Source: a virus
Lineage: Duplodnaviria > Caudoviricetes
Length of the DNA: 64,000 nucleotides
IMG/VR virus record: IMGVR_UViG_3300028591_000213
Location: 540-64,539 of that record
Reading direction: 5' to 3' (one strand)
A program made the position numbers and the translations under genes. The notes under the pieces were generated by a model. That model was given only the letters and a program-made list of their open reading frames with translations, was not told the DNA's origin and did not search any database. The stretch's first letter is position 1. Each line of letters opens with the position of its first letter. Shown here piece by piece: positions 18,562-28,954 of this stretch.

Positions 18562-21500
18562 ATGAACAATATAGATACTTTAAAATTTTTATTAGATGGC
18601 AAAGATAAAATTTTTAACGTAAATTTGAGGGGTAATAGGAAAATATTACCTGAAGATGATGTTATATCTACCATTAATGCAAACGATGTCTATGAGAATG
18701 AGAAATCTAAAAGTAATATTTTTAGATTGGTTATTTCCATAAACCCATTTTGTAGTAATATATTGTTCAATCCATTTACAGAGGTAATTTATAAAGAAGG
18801 TAGCACCTCTGCATATTGTTTAAATTTTGTTGATAAGAAAACTTCTGATTTGGAATCTAAAAACGAGATAATTGGAAAGCGTTTAGATTTCAAATGGACT
18901 GAATATGAGGCAGTTAGAGACACACAGCTTTCAAACGTTGACCATGGTTTTGATTATAACTGTGGCCTAGATATATTTAATAATCATTTATTGCGCTCAA
19001 GAACATTTAAATCTGTAAATTATAGTAAGTCTTATTCAATGCAAAAAATAAATAGGCTTTCTCCGTTTTATGGGGATGCTTATAGTGGTGTTACTGCAAT
19101 TGATAATATTCATGACAATGATGAAACGATGCATGTTTATACTGATAATAATTTTAATACTATAGATGATTATTTACGGGATAAATTTGGAATTATCGTT
19201 TCTGAAGAGGTTTTTATACCAACATACTATGTTCATGATTTAAATCAATGGAAAATAATGCCAATGCATTTGTATCAAAAATATGATGCTTATACATTTG
19301 ATGAGTGCATAGAGAATAAAAAATTAAATGATAATGGTTGGTATGGATTTAGCAATTCATCCACGTTTTCTTATTTAAATTTTAATGTTTTTGATAAAAA
19401 TGGTAATATTACAACCAGAGCAGTTGGTGATGTGGATGATAATAATAATATTAATGTAAAAAGTAATGAGATATTCATCAATAAAACAATAAATAGCAAA
19501 AAATATTGCGAATTTATAGATTTATATCCCGGAAGAAATTTATATTCATTTACGCCTAATTACAACAAATATCGTAGAAGATTAGAATATAATTGGAATT
19601 ATTGTTTAACATATCCAAGCAAAAGTGTTATAAGAGTTGCAGACTATAAAGAATTTCCATTCTTAAAGGTTATAAATGAAAATAATACTGCATTAAAAGC
19701 TTTGATGATTGATGAATTAACCGAAAATGATTCAGGAGTATCGGTCTTAACGGTTTATTCAGTTTCTCAGCATGGATTACAAAATGGAGATTTGGTTAAC
19801 ATATATAAACAGTATGAAGAAGATGACGCAACAAAAAATGATTTGGTTTATGTAAATTCTGAAGTTACTGTTATAGATAAATATACATTTCAAGTTGCAA
19901 AAACAGAAAGAAATATATCTAACGAGTGGATAGAGTTAGAAAAAGCACCAAATAACTATGTTACTACATATAAAGGTAAAAACTATAAGGTATGCGCTTC
20001 AAAAAGGTGTAACGTTGATGATAAAGCACAAGACATATATTTTAAAAGGGTTGTAAATGGTGTAGAATGCAAATATTATGTTAGAAAGTTCTCTAGGCTT
20101 CCTAATTTTAAATTTGCTGAAGAAGAGATAAATGACTATTATTTGTATGATGAAGAATTTAATAAAAAAAGAGCCAAAGAGGGTAAAGAAACATTATTGT
20201 ACAAATATTCTACGCCAACCAATAAAAAAAGTGAATTTGAAAGTCATATTGCTGACTTGGGTTTTTCAAAAAACGCTTATGGCGATAATAATGCCGAAAT
20301 TGTTTTTACAGATGACATAAATGTATCATTTATAAAGGATAATTTAGGAAGGCCATTAAGTGAAATTTATCTTACGATTATTAAAAATAATAAGGGGTAT
20401 AAAAAATGGTATGGCTTTAATGAGTATGAAATAGAAACTAATAGCGAAGATATAGAATATTCACATTGTTTTGGAAAGAATAATTGCGGCTTTTTATTGT
20501 CGGATTATTACAGAATAATGTTTGAAAAAGATGATGTTAGAAGTATAAATTCTTCAAATGAAATTGGTTTACTGAAAAATAAAGAAACCGATGAAATAGA
20601 TTTTTATACCGATAATGAATTCTATGGAGATTTGTGTTGTTATTCTCCAATTGATTGTGAAGAGGAAGTAATACAGAAAGTAATGAACCGTTTCAACACT
20701 GTACAACGTGAAATTAATATACCTGGTAATGCTAATAGGTTTAAGGCCTCTAAATATTTTAAAGATTTAGTCGTTGACGAAATACAAGATTCAGAAACAA
20801 ATTTGGAATATATACCCAGTAAAACACGTGGATACTTTGGTGACTATGATGATGGATATAAGCTTTTTAATGGCGGCTATGCAATTCATTCTAAAAAGGT
20901 TAAATATGGTAATATGTCCCAACAAACTGAGGGATATTATTATCTGCCTCATTATAAAATACAAATAAAGAACGTTTCTGGCGCTTTGAGCACTAGTGAT
21001 GGCATTAAATATGAGATATATAGCGCATCTAAAGCTGAAAGCTCAGATGAAAACGTTGGCGTTTTTGAAATAAAAACACTTGAAAACAATGGTTTTGAAA
21101 AAAATGAAAAATTGATACTGTATAAAAAGTCAACTAATGAATATTTTTATATAACTATTATTAAATTATTGACTGATAAAAAATTTGATTGTAATATTAA
21201 TAATGAAGATGGAACATACATTTCTTCATCATATGACTTAATTAACAGTAATAATATTGGTGATTTCATATTATTGAAAAAGCACGAAGACACACCTGAT
21301 TATGCTAAGTTAATAAAAGATGGTTCTTGTAGGTTTGGGTGGCGTGAAGTGCTGCCAAATGGGTCAGAGAACGATGATGTCATTTATCCATTTACCAATG
21401 GGGCGTTTTATATATTAAAGCAAATTAATTTCTTTTTGAGAAGGCAAGACCCAACGGAAGAATTTTTATATGGTTTATTGAAAAATAAAAGATATAAAAA

Positions 21501-21588
21501 TTTAATTCCAAAGGATGGAGAATTTATTAGCCATAAAGTGGAAGATTTTGATAATTATTTCAGCGAAAATGAATTTAAGAGATGTTAA
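18562..21588 (+). CDS. Large hypothetical protein, probably structural
   Basis: 1008-aa ORF co-oriented within the baseplate block. Confidence 0.55.
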   Translation: MNNIDTLKFLLDGKDKIFNVNLRGNRKILPEDDVISTINANDVYENEKSKSNIFRLVISINPFCSNILFNPFTEVIYKEGSTSAYCLNFVDKKTSDLESKNEIIGKRLDFKWTEYEAVRDTQLSNVDHGFDYNCGLDIFNNHLLRSRTFKSVNYSKSYSMQKINRLSPFYGDAYSGVTAIDNIHDNDETMHVYTDNNFNTIDDYLRDKFGIIVSEEVFIPTYYVHDLNQWKIMPMHLYQKYDAYTFDECIENKKLNDNGWYGFSNSSTFSYLNFNVFDKNGNITTRAVGDVDDNNNINVKSNEIFINKTINSKKYCEFIDLYPGRNLYSFTPNYNKYRRRLEYNWNYCLTYPSKSVIRVADYKEFPFLKVINENNTALKALMIDELTENDSGVSVLTVYSVSQHGLQNGDLVNIYKQYEEDDATKNDLVYVNSEVTVIDKYTFQVAKTERNISNEWIELEKAPNNYVTTYKGKNYKVCASKRCNVDDKAQDIYFKRVVNGVECKYYVRKFSRLPNFKFAEEEINDYYLYDEEFNKKRAKEGKETLLYKYSTPTNKKSEFESHIADLGFSKNAYGDNNAEIVFTDDINVSFIKDNLGRPLSEIYLTIIKNNKGYKKWYGFNEYEIETNSEDIEYSHCFGKNNCGFLLSDYYRIMFEKDDVRSINSSNEIGLLKNKETDEIDFYTDNEFYGDLCCYSPIDCEEEVIQKVMNRFNTVQREINIPGNANRFKASKYFKDLVVDEIQDSETNLEYIPSKTRGYFGDYDDGYKLFNGGYAIHSKKVKYGNMSQQTEGYYYLPHYKIQIKNVSGALSTSDGIKYEIYSASKAESSDENVGVFEIKTLENNGFEKNEKLILYKKSTNEYFYITIIKLLTDKKFDCNINNEDGTYISSSYDLINSNNIGDFILLKKHEDTPDYAKLIKDGSCRFGWREVLPNGSENDDVIYPFTNGAFYILKQINFFLRRQDPTEEFLYGLLKNKRYKNLIPKDGEFISHKVEDFDNYFSENEFKRC

Positions 21589-24500
21589 GGTATAGCATAA
21601 AACCATTTAAAGAAAGAAAACTTACTGAGTTTGACTATAGAAATTTATATGTATCTCCAGATTTAAAATATATTTCTGGAGTCACTGACTATAGTGTTGG
21701 CCTTGTTAATAAAGAATCAGTATACATTAAAAGCCCATATTTGGTTGGTAGCGAAACTAATGTTATTAGTGTTAGCGAATCAACCATACAAGGTAAACTA
21801 TTGGTAAAAATAGAATTACCTGTTAAAAGTATAACGAAAACATTAAAGTTTGATATTTTGGCAGGTTCTGAATATACTGGTAATGTAGATGAAGAAGAGT
21901 CAGGAACAGAAGAAAGTACTGAATGGTTTATAAACGTCTATAATGGAAGTTATCAGATAATAAACGAGGTGGGTGATGGCCAATATGTTTATAAAACAAT
22001 CATTCAAAAGTATGTAGAGTATAATGGAGAAATTTCTTATTATTTTAATGATGTTGAAGATGAAAGAAAGTGTGGGTACTTAATTGGCCATAAGTTTTAT
22101 AATGCTAAAATATCAGATGATACCGTTGTTATTGATGAATATATTAATATTGAAGATTATGTAATTAAATTTGATAATGATATTACATACAGTGCAGACT
22201 TTTCAATATATAATGGCAATAATGAAGAAATAAAGCCTCAAATTAAACTTAGTAAGTATACGGAACCAATATCCGGTGGGGATTATTTGGGTTTATTAAA
22301 CGGAAATAAGTGTTATGCTGTTTCTGACGAAGACAATACTATAGTGATAGTAAATTGGGAGAGTAAAAAATGGGAAAAGATAAAAAAGTTTGAAATTCAT
22401 AAAAACAATAATCCTGTATTAGATACCGATGATGTATATTATGGGGTTTACGACCACTTTATAGAATATAAAGGAAAAAATTATGAAGTTAAAGACATTT
22501 ATTCTGATGATGAGAACCATTCTTATATAGGTTATGGGGCTATTTTAGATACAGGTTTTGCTGAATGTGAAGTTAATTATAATGCAGAAAAAGAAGATAA
22601 ATACATTGGCGTTTTTGCAAAATTGCCTGAAACTGACAAATATACTCAAGTTGAGAATACTTTAAAAGTCAATAAAACTCATGGAAAAATTGTCGTTATA
22701 ATTTTATCTGATGAAAATACTGATATAATTCCAGGTAATATCATAGAAGCCAATAGTCTTTCTCCATTATCTTTTAAAAAAATAGTGGAAGAGGCTTATG
22801 TGACAAATGTTTCATCTGATGGATTTAGTTCAGAAACTAGAAGTCTATATGTGACCTTCTTAGGGAAAAAATATGATGTCAAGAAAAAATTATATGACAC
22901 AATAAACATTGCTGGTATTGATTATAAATTAACATATACTGATGGCTATTTATATTCTTCTGCATATATTTATGCCAATGGAGAAAAATTAGATTTTGAT
23001 ATTAAGTATTATAGTGGTGGCTCTGATAATGATGAAGTCGATTATGATACGTATGAAGAGTCAGATTCCGTTTCTAAGAGAATAAAGGCGACATATAGGA
23101 AAAATATGTTCTATAGCACTGGACAGCCATTAATAGTGCGCTATGGCCTATTAGAAAACTCATATGATGTAAATGAAAACTCTGGCGTGACTATTAATAA
23201 AACAGTCTATAAAGTTGTGGCTGATGATGCAATATATGATGAAAATTATTACACAGAAGGGGATAGCGATGAAACAGGAGAGACAGAATATGCTGTAAAC
23301 ATAGAGGAAAAGGTAACTATTGATTTACAAATAGCAGAGATAAATGGTTCAGCTACTTTGGTGTGTATTCCCATTGTCAATGAAGACGAATTTGATGATA
23401 ATGATATTGAAAAGATTAAACATGAATTATCTAGTGTTATAGTAGATAATAGAAATACTTTTTCTTTTAATCTTAAAAGAAATGTGTTTGGCGAAACAGA
23501 ATTCCTTGCTGAAAATGGGTTAATGGATTCTATGACAGCGACATATCCTTATGTTCTTTCTGATTCACATGAATTGTCCAAAAGAATTAAGATATATAGA
23601 TATGGCAGCTTTATAAGCATGAATATACCATTTACCAATATGTTGAGCAATGATATATTAAAAGAGGATTTAATAAATAATGTTTTTAACAAAGAGGTTG
23701 AAGAAAAAAGCATAAACAGAATTGTTGATATGGAAAAGGATATATATTATCCTGGTTATACAATTAACGATGAATTATATCCAATTTTTTGTATAAGGTT
23801 TAACATGCATTTTAGAACGAGGAATTTGGATAATTGGAAAATAATAGAAGATGACAGAGAATTTACTAAAGGTCAAATACCAAACACCGATGAATATAAT
23901 GTAACAAACTATACATATAATAGCAATCGTTGTAATTGGTTTGTAACAGATTATAATTACTATAAAAACGGCTCTCCTTCTACTGAATATAATAAAATAA
24001 GCAGAAAGAGTTTGCATAATGCTTCGGACTTATTGGGTTATCTTAACTTTACAAATGAAGATGTTTATAATCAAGCAGCCAAGATTAAAAAATCTTTTTT
24101 AAGATTATCGTTTTATAGCACAAATAATCCTGAAACACAGGTATTATTGGGTACATCTACTATATTTTTAGATGGCCAAGCAGCGTTGGCTAAATATCTT
24201 TATTTGAAAAGAAATACAGATATAAATTATGTGAATACTCAAGTAATGCAAAAAGCAGGATATAACACGGTAGATGAATACTTAGAGGATTCCAACCCAA
24301 CTTATCAAGTTACATCTAATACGAGTAGTGTTGAAGCGGAGGTATTAACAACAACCGATTATGTTCCTGATGACTTGAGGTTAAGTAGTAGAATATATGT
24401 ATATGACAAATATACATCGCATAAATCTTCTGAAGGTTTTTACATGTATATGTTTAAAGAATATACTCCAAAAATGCGAGAGGGTATTATTTATATGAAA

Positions 24501-24824
24501 ATAGAGTTTAATCATGCCGGTATAGGAAAATCGATACCAATGATTGTTCCAAGGAAAAATATGGAAGATGGTATCGGCACACCTCTATATTTGCACAACG
24601 ATAATGATTTAGCAACATTGAAAAATGGCTTTAAATTAAAAGAATTAAATGAACAATTATATTTTCCACTATATGTAAAATATAGTGATAAAGACAATAG
24701 ATTTTATTATTATATTCCAAAACAGTTGAGAGAAAACGAAGAACTAGGAGTCAGCGACGAGGTGATGGAATTTAATTTATTTGAAATCAAAAACGCTAAT
24801 GAGAGTTTAATAGACATAGACTAA
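21582..24824 (+). CDS. Large hypothetical protein, probably structural
   Basis: 1080-aa ORF overlapping the previous stop (translational coupling). Confidence 0.55.
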   Translation: MLRYSIKPFKERKLTEFDYRNLYVSPDLKYISGVTDYSVGLVNKESVYIKSPYLVGSETNVISVSESTIQGKLLVKIELPVKSITKTLKFDILAGSEYTGNVDEEESGTEESTEWFINVYNGSYQIINEVGDGQYVYKTIIQKYVEYNGEISYYFNDVEDERKCGYLIGHKFYNAKISDDTVVIDEYINIEDYVIKFDNDITYSADFSIYNGNNEEIKPQIKLSKYTEPISGGDYLGLLNGNKCYAVSDEDNTIVIVNWESKKWEKIKKFEIHKNNNPVLDTDDVYYGVYDHFIEYKGKNYEVKDIYSDDENHSYIGYGAILDTGFAECEVNYNAEKEDKYIGVFAKLPETDKYTQVENTLKVNKTHGKIVVIILSDENTDIIPGNIIEANSLSPLSFKKIVEEAYVTNVSSDGFSSETRSLYVTFLGKKYDVKKKLYDTINIAGIDYKLTYTDGYLYSSAYIYANGEKLDFDIKYYSGGSDNDEVDYDTYEESDSVSKRIKATYRKNMFYSTGQPLIVRYGLLENSYDVNENSGVTINKTVYKVVADDAIYDENYYTEGDSDETGETEYAVNIEEKVTIDLQIAEINGSATLVCIPIVNEDEFDDNDIEKIKHELSSVIVDNRNTFSFNLKRNVFGETEFLAENGLMDSMTATYPYVLSDSHELSKRIKIYRYGSFISMNIPFTNMLSNDILKEDLINNVFNKEVEEKSINRIVDMEKDIYYPGYTINDELYPIFCIRFNMHFRTRNLDNWKIIEDDREFTKGQIPNTDEYNVTNYTYNSNRCNWFVTDYNYYKNGSPSTEYNKISRKSLHNASDLLGYLNFTNEDVYNQAAKIKKSFLRLSFYSTNNPETQVLLGTSTIFLDGQAALAKYLYLKRNTDINYVNTQVMQKAGYNTVDEYLEDSNPTYQVTSNTSSVEAEVLTTTDYVPDDLRLSSRIYVYDKYTSHKSSEGFYMYMFKEYTPKMREGIIYMKIEFNHAGIGKSIPMIVPRKNMEDGIGTPLYLHNDNDLATLKNGFKLKELNEQLYFPLYVKYSDKDNRFYYYIPKQLRENEELGVSDEVMEFNLFEIKNANESLIDID

Positions 24825-27800
24825 TGAGAGTAATTAAAAAAATAATTGCACGCGATGATTTAATATCAAAAATCCCAGGAATAATACCATCTATAAAAGA
24901 TTCTTGGAAGTTACCTTCGTTTATTAAAGATTGTAGTAATATAGAAGGTGAAGTGTTTTTTGATTTTGATGAAGCATTAAAGAAGATTGATGATTATGGA
25001 TTGAAATCTTCTTCTTTGGTTTATGAGGGTATTTTTGCTGACTTCATAAGTGATTTCAAATATGATGAAAATGGTAATTATGGCTTAATACCAAGTGATA
25101 TTATTATTCCACTTCTTAAGGATGAAAATAATAACATCGTACATATAACAGATTATACTGATTTATATGTAAATATACCTGTCACAGACAGTTTCCTTGA
25201 AAACGTTAGTATAAAAGACAGAGATAAATATGATACATATTTTGATTTATCATATCCTGTTCGTAAACAAGACCCTCATTATGAATATAATAATGAAGCA
25301 AATAGATATGGAATTTATAGCGGTTCCAATGATAATAAAATAGAAATAAAAATATTATCATATAAAACATTATCGAAATGGTATTTTTTTGCGAAGAAAA
25401 GAGAAAATATTTTAAAAAGTCATAACAATAAAAAAGAATATAGTAACTACATAGAATATAATAAGAATGAAAATTTAAAGGAAGATGAATTGTATTATAA
25501 CTTGGAGCAATTATATATTTCACGTGGCGGAGATTATATGTACAATTGGATGAAAAATAATTGCTTTCTTGCATTTACAATACCTTTTAAATATTCTAGC
25601 GAGTGGAAAACGAGCTATTTATATTATTCTCAAGCAATTAAATGGCTCAAATGGTTCGAAGAAAAGGATTCAAAATATTATGATAGCGAAACCGGAAAAG
25701 AAAAAAAATGTAAAGATGAAGAAAACTGTTATGAATGCAATGAATATGTAAGATTGGGTGGGCATGAATTGTATGTTTTATTGAAAGAATGGGTGGAAAA
25801 TAGTACATCTGAAATTAATATAAACAATACAAATTCAGCTTCGTTAAATTTATATATTAATTTTCAAACATCTATTGATGATTTGGGAGAAATGTCTATT
25901 TTTTCTAGTAAATGGGAAAATGATGTTGATTATCATAACACACTGAGCGATGACGAAATGGAAGAAGGCTCAGAAGGAGGAACAATTGTTTATTTACCAT
26001 ATAAAACAGATGAAGAAACCGGTAAGATAACGGTAATAAATGATACTGTTATGATTAAAAATGGTAATCATACTGGATATAAGCATAATGATTTCTATGA
26101 AAATACATTTAATGAAGATGATTGGATAAATACGTATACTAATTATTATACCAATGAACGCCCTGAAGAATTTGCAACGTCTGCTATAAGCGCATATGCT
26201 TATTCTTCGCTATATAATGAGGTTGTTTATAATCCTAGTGAAAATCCTGAGATGTTTAAAAAGTATATTTCTCCTATTATGATTAAATTTGTTTTAATAA
26301 ATAATAGGACATATTTTGTAATAGATGGTAAATACGTAGAAATGTGTTATGAAAGCTCTTCAATTGCAAATTTGGATTTAAAAAGCAAAAGCAAACTAAG
26401 GATATATAAAGATGGCGATTTGGAGTATGCCGTTTTAAATGGTAATAGGTACTACGTGGAGGTTGATAAAAATGGGATAGAAAGAGTTTATTTTTTGAAA
26501 AATTATAATTGTAAAGATGAGGGTTGCGCTGTTAATAGTAATGTTAGCTACATAATGTTTAATAAAAATCTATGTTTAATTAATGACGATGGTTCAACTG
26601 TCATTTATGATGGCCATAATGAAAATGTATATTATACGTTGGATGGAATTTTTGAACTTGATGGTAAGACTTACTATATAAAAAATGACGCATCCGGATA
26701 TAAAATAGTCAAGCAATATGAAAGCTATGAGGACGATGGCAAAGTATACTATTATTTTGAGGAAATAAGTTTGGATGATTTGGTTGACAAATCTATAGAT
26801 TCAATTAAATTTGAAATAATTTCAGGAAATCCAATGGTGGTGGTTGAATATAATTATTATGTTAATTATACGAATAAAATAACAGGTATTACGGATTCAA
26901 AATTGGAACTTCTTAGAAGAAGGGAAATCACAACTGATGAATTGGGTAATGAATTACCTGGTTATTTTAAATCTGTCATAGATTACGATAAAATTGAAAA
27001 CGAGTATAATAGCAACGCTAATCGTTATTATACAGATGTTTCTGCTAATGTTCCTGATGAAGATTATTCTTTGGAGAATGATAAGGGCCAATATTACAAT
27101 AGCCCATATGAAGGTTGTACGTTAGATATACTTTATAGGGTTGGCGAAGTTTCAAACTTAGTATATGACACTTATCTTAGCACAGGCGAGACTCAATATT
27201 TTATTGGAAACATAATTGATAACATTGAATTTTACTATACTGATGTTGATTTAAATCGTGTTGATGATTTCAGTCCTGATAGAAAATTTGAAGCTAAAGA
27301 TGACGATGCATTAAGCGTAATAAAAGAATGTGAGGAAGCTAAAAATAATTATAGTGGCAATTCATTTTTATGCAGTAAAATGATGTGCAACATAACATAT
27401 TATATGGGTGCTGTGCTAAAAAAAGTGGATGATAAATATGAGATTGTTAAACAGTACCATACAGGAATTAAATATGTTGATTCTGCTTTTGTAACATTAG
27501 AGAATTGTCTTTATTATCTTAATGATGGCTCTAAGTTTGTTGTTAAGTATTATTATTTGGACCCATTTAAATATAGCACTTATAATCAAGATGATAAAAT
27601 AAGTTCAACAATGATGATGTCAAAATTTGAAGTTGAACCTATGATATTTTATTATAAAAAGGGGTACAGTAAATCTGAAGAGATTTTTGCAGTTGATAAC
27701 ACAGGAAACTGTGAAGATAATGTAGGTAAGAATAGTATCAATTTAACTTTATCAGCGATAACAAAGATTGATGCAAATGATGATAAAACAACATTGGAGT

Positions 27801-28039
27801 TTAAAAATAAATCGATTTTTGATAGGTGGGAAGGAGATTATAATTTTATTGCTTCTCCTGTTTATAGAAATGAATTTAACATTGGAAATTCTTTACCACA
27901 AATTATTGAAGGCAATATTTATATAGATAGAGGCATAAATGCCGCATTTGAAAAACATTTAAAACTACAAGAAGTGAAAACAATGGAAGCATTGACTAAT
28001 TTTGGAAATAATTGGTTTAAAATAGAAGATAATGGCTAG
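24824..28039 (+). CDS. Large hypothetical protein, probably structural
   Basis: 1071-aa ORF, TAATG coupling; C-terminal IYIDRGINAAFEKHLKL. Confidence 0.55.
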   Translation: MRVIKKIIARDDLISKIPGIIPSIKDSWKLPSFIKDCSNIEGEVFFDFDEALKKIDDYGLKSSSLVYEGIFADFISDFKYDENGNYGLIPSDIIIPLLKDENNNIVHITDYTDLYVNIPVTDSFLENVSIKDRDKYDTYFDLSYPVRKQDPHYEYNNEANRYGIYSGSNDNKIEIKILSYKTLSKWYFFAKKRENILKSHNNKKEYSNYIEYNKNENLKEDELYYNLEQLYISRGGDYMYNWMKNNCFLAFTIPFKYSSEWKTSYLYYSQAIKWLKWFEEKDSKYYDSETGKEKKCKDEENCYECNEYVRLGGHELYVLLKEWVENSTSEININNTNSASLNLYINFQTSIDDLGEMSIFSSKWENDVDYHNTLSDDEMEEGSEGGTIVYLPYKTDEETGKITVINDTVMIKNGNHTGYKHNDFYENTFNEDDWINTYTNYYTNERPEEFATSAISAYAYSSLYNEVVYNPSENPEMFKKYISPIMIKFVLINNRTYFVIDGKYVEMCYESSSIANLDLKSKSKLRIYKDGDLEYAVLNGNRYYVEVDKNGIERVYFLKNYNCKDEGCAVNSNVSYIMFNKNLCLINDDGSTVIYDGHNENVYYTLDGIFELDGKTYYIKNDASGYKIVKQYESYEDDGKVYYYFEEISLDDLVDKSIDSIKFEIISGNPMVVVEYNYYVNYTNKITGITDSKLELLRRREITTDELGNELPGYFKSVIDYDKIENEYNSNANRYYTDVSANVPDEDYSLENDKGQYYNSPYEGCTLDILYRVGEVSNLVYDTYLSTGETQYFIGNIIDNIEFYYTDVDLNRVDDFSPDRKFEAKDDDALSVIKECEEAKNNYSGNSFLCSKMMCNITYYMGAVLKKVDDKYEIVKQYHTGIKYVDSAFVTLENCLYYLNDGSKFVVKYYYLDPFKYSTYNQDDKISSTMMMSKFEVEPMIFYYKKGYSKSEEIFAVDNTGNCEDNVGKNSINLTLSAITKIDANDDKTTLEFKNKSIFDRWEGDYNFIASPVYRNEFNIGNSLPQIIEGNIYIDRGINAAFEKHLKLQEVKTMEALTNFGNNWFKIEDNG

Positions 28040-28943
28040 TACAGGTTTATATGGAATTACAGTTCCTTCGAGAATAACTACAGATGATATAGATATATTT
28101 TATTCATATCGTGAGACAAGAAATAGTGATAATGCAGGAAAGACTGCATTTATGAAATTACCATCATCAATATTAAGCGATGTATTGTGTGATGGAGAAA
28201 CGAAACCAGTTGGCAATGTGCTTGAGGGTATGTATAATTTGAAATTACCTCTTCAATATTTTAACCAAAAGGGCTATTATACTGTATATATTAAACCAAA
28301 AGAGCTTAGAGCCGTTATTGCTGACGTTAGCAATCTTGCAGCTTACCCAAATGTTAGGGGTATAATACTTGATAGAAATACTGAATCCAATGATATTTCA
28401 TTAAGAAATAAATTATTGGAAAATAATTCTTTGGTTGGCTATAGGATAATTTATATAGATGATAATGGCAATAGGGAGAATTATTTTAGATTAATAACCA
28501 GTAATAATAGAAGTGAGCCAATAATTCAAGCTTCAAATATGTCAAGTAATAAATCATATGTATATAGATATAATGATTCTTCAACGTTATCATTTATTAC
28601 TGTAACTCCATCAAGTGCACCCAGCTTTAAAGCAAGTGCTGCGCCATATATAGGCAAGCCAACGCAACAAATATTGATTGTTAACACTTTATTTGAACCA
28701 ATAATGCTTGATATTGAAATTACTGATAAGGATATTAATACTATTACAACAATGCTTGAAGGCTCTCAGCTTAGAGATTTGGACAATGGCTTAGTTACAA
28801 CGTTTGATGAAAATAATCAAATTTACCACCAATCTGAGCATTATACCATTAAAGACTCAGCAACAGGCGTGCCTGTTTATGAGGTTAAAAAAGAAAAAAC
28901 TGATTCTATTGATTTTAGTCAAAGCATAGAAGACAAAATTTAA
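28032..28943 (+). CDS. Hypothetical protein, probably baseplate-associated
   Basis: 303-aa ORF overlapping the previous gene. Confidence 0.55.
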   Translation: MASTGLYGITVPSRITTDDIDIFYSYRETRNSDNAGKTAFMKLPSSILSDVLCDGETKPVGNVLEGMYNLKLPLQYFNQKGYYTVYIKPKELRAVIADVSNLAAYPNVRGIILDRNTESNDISLRNKLLENNSLVGYRIIYIDDNGNRENYFRLITSNNRSEPIIQASNMSSNKSYVYRYNDSSTLSFITVTPSSAPSFKASAAPYIGKPTQQILIVNTLFEPIMLDIEITDKDINTITTMLEGSQLRDLDNGLVTTFDENNQIYHQSEHYTIKDSATGVPVYEVKKEKTDSIDFSQSIEDKI

Positions 28944-28954
28944 ATTCTTAAAAA

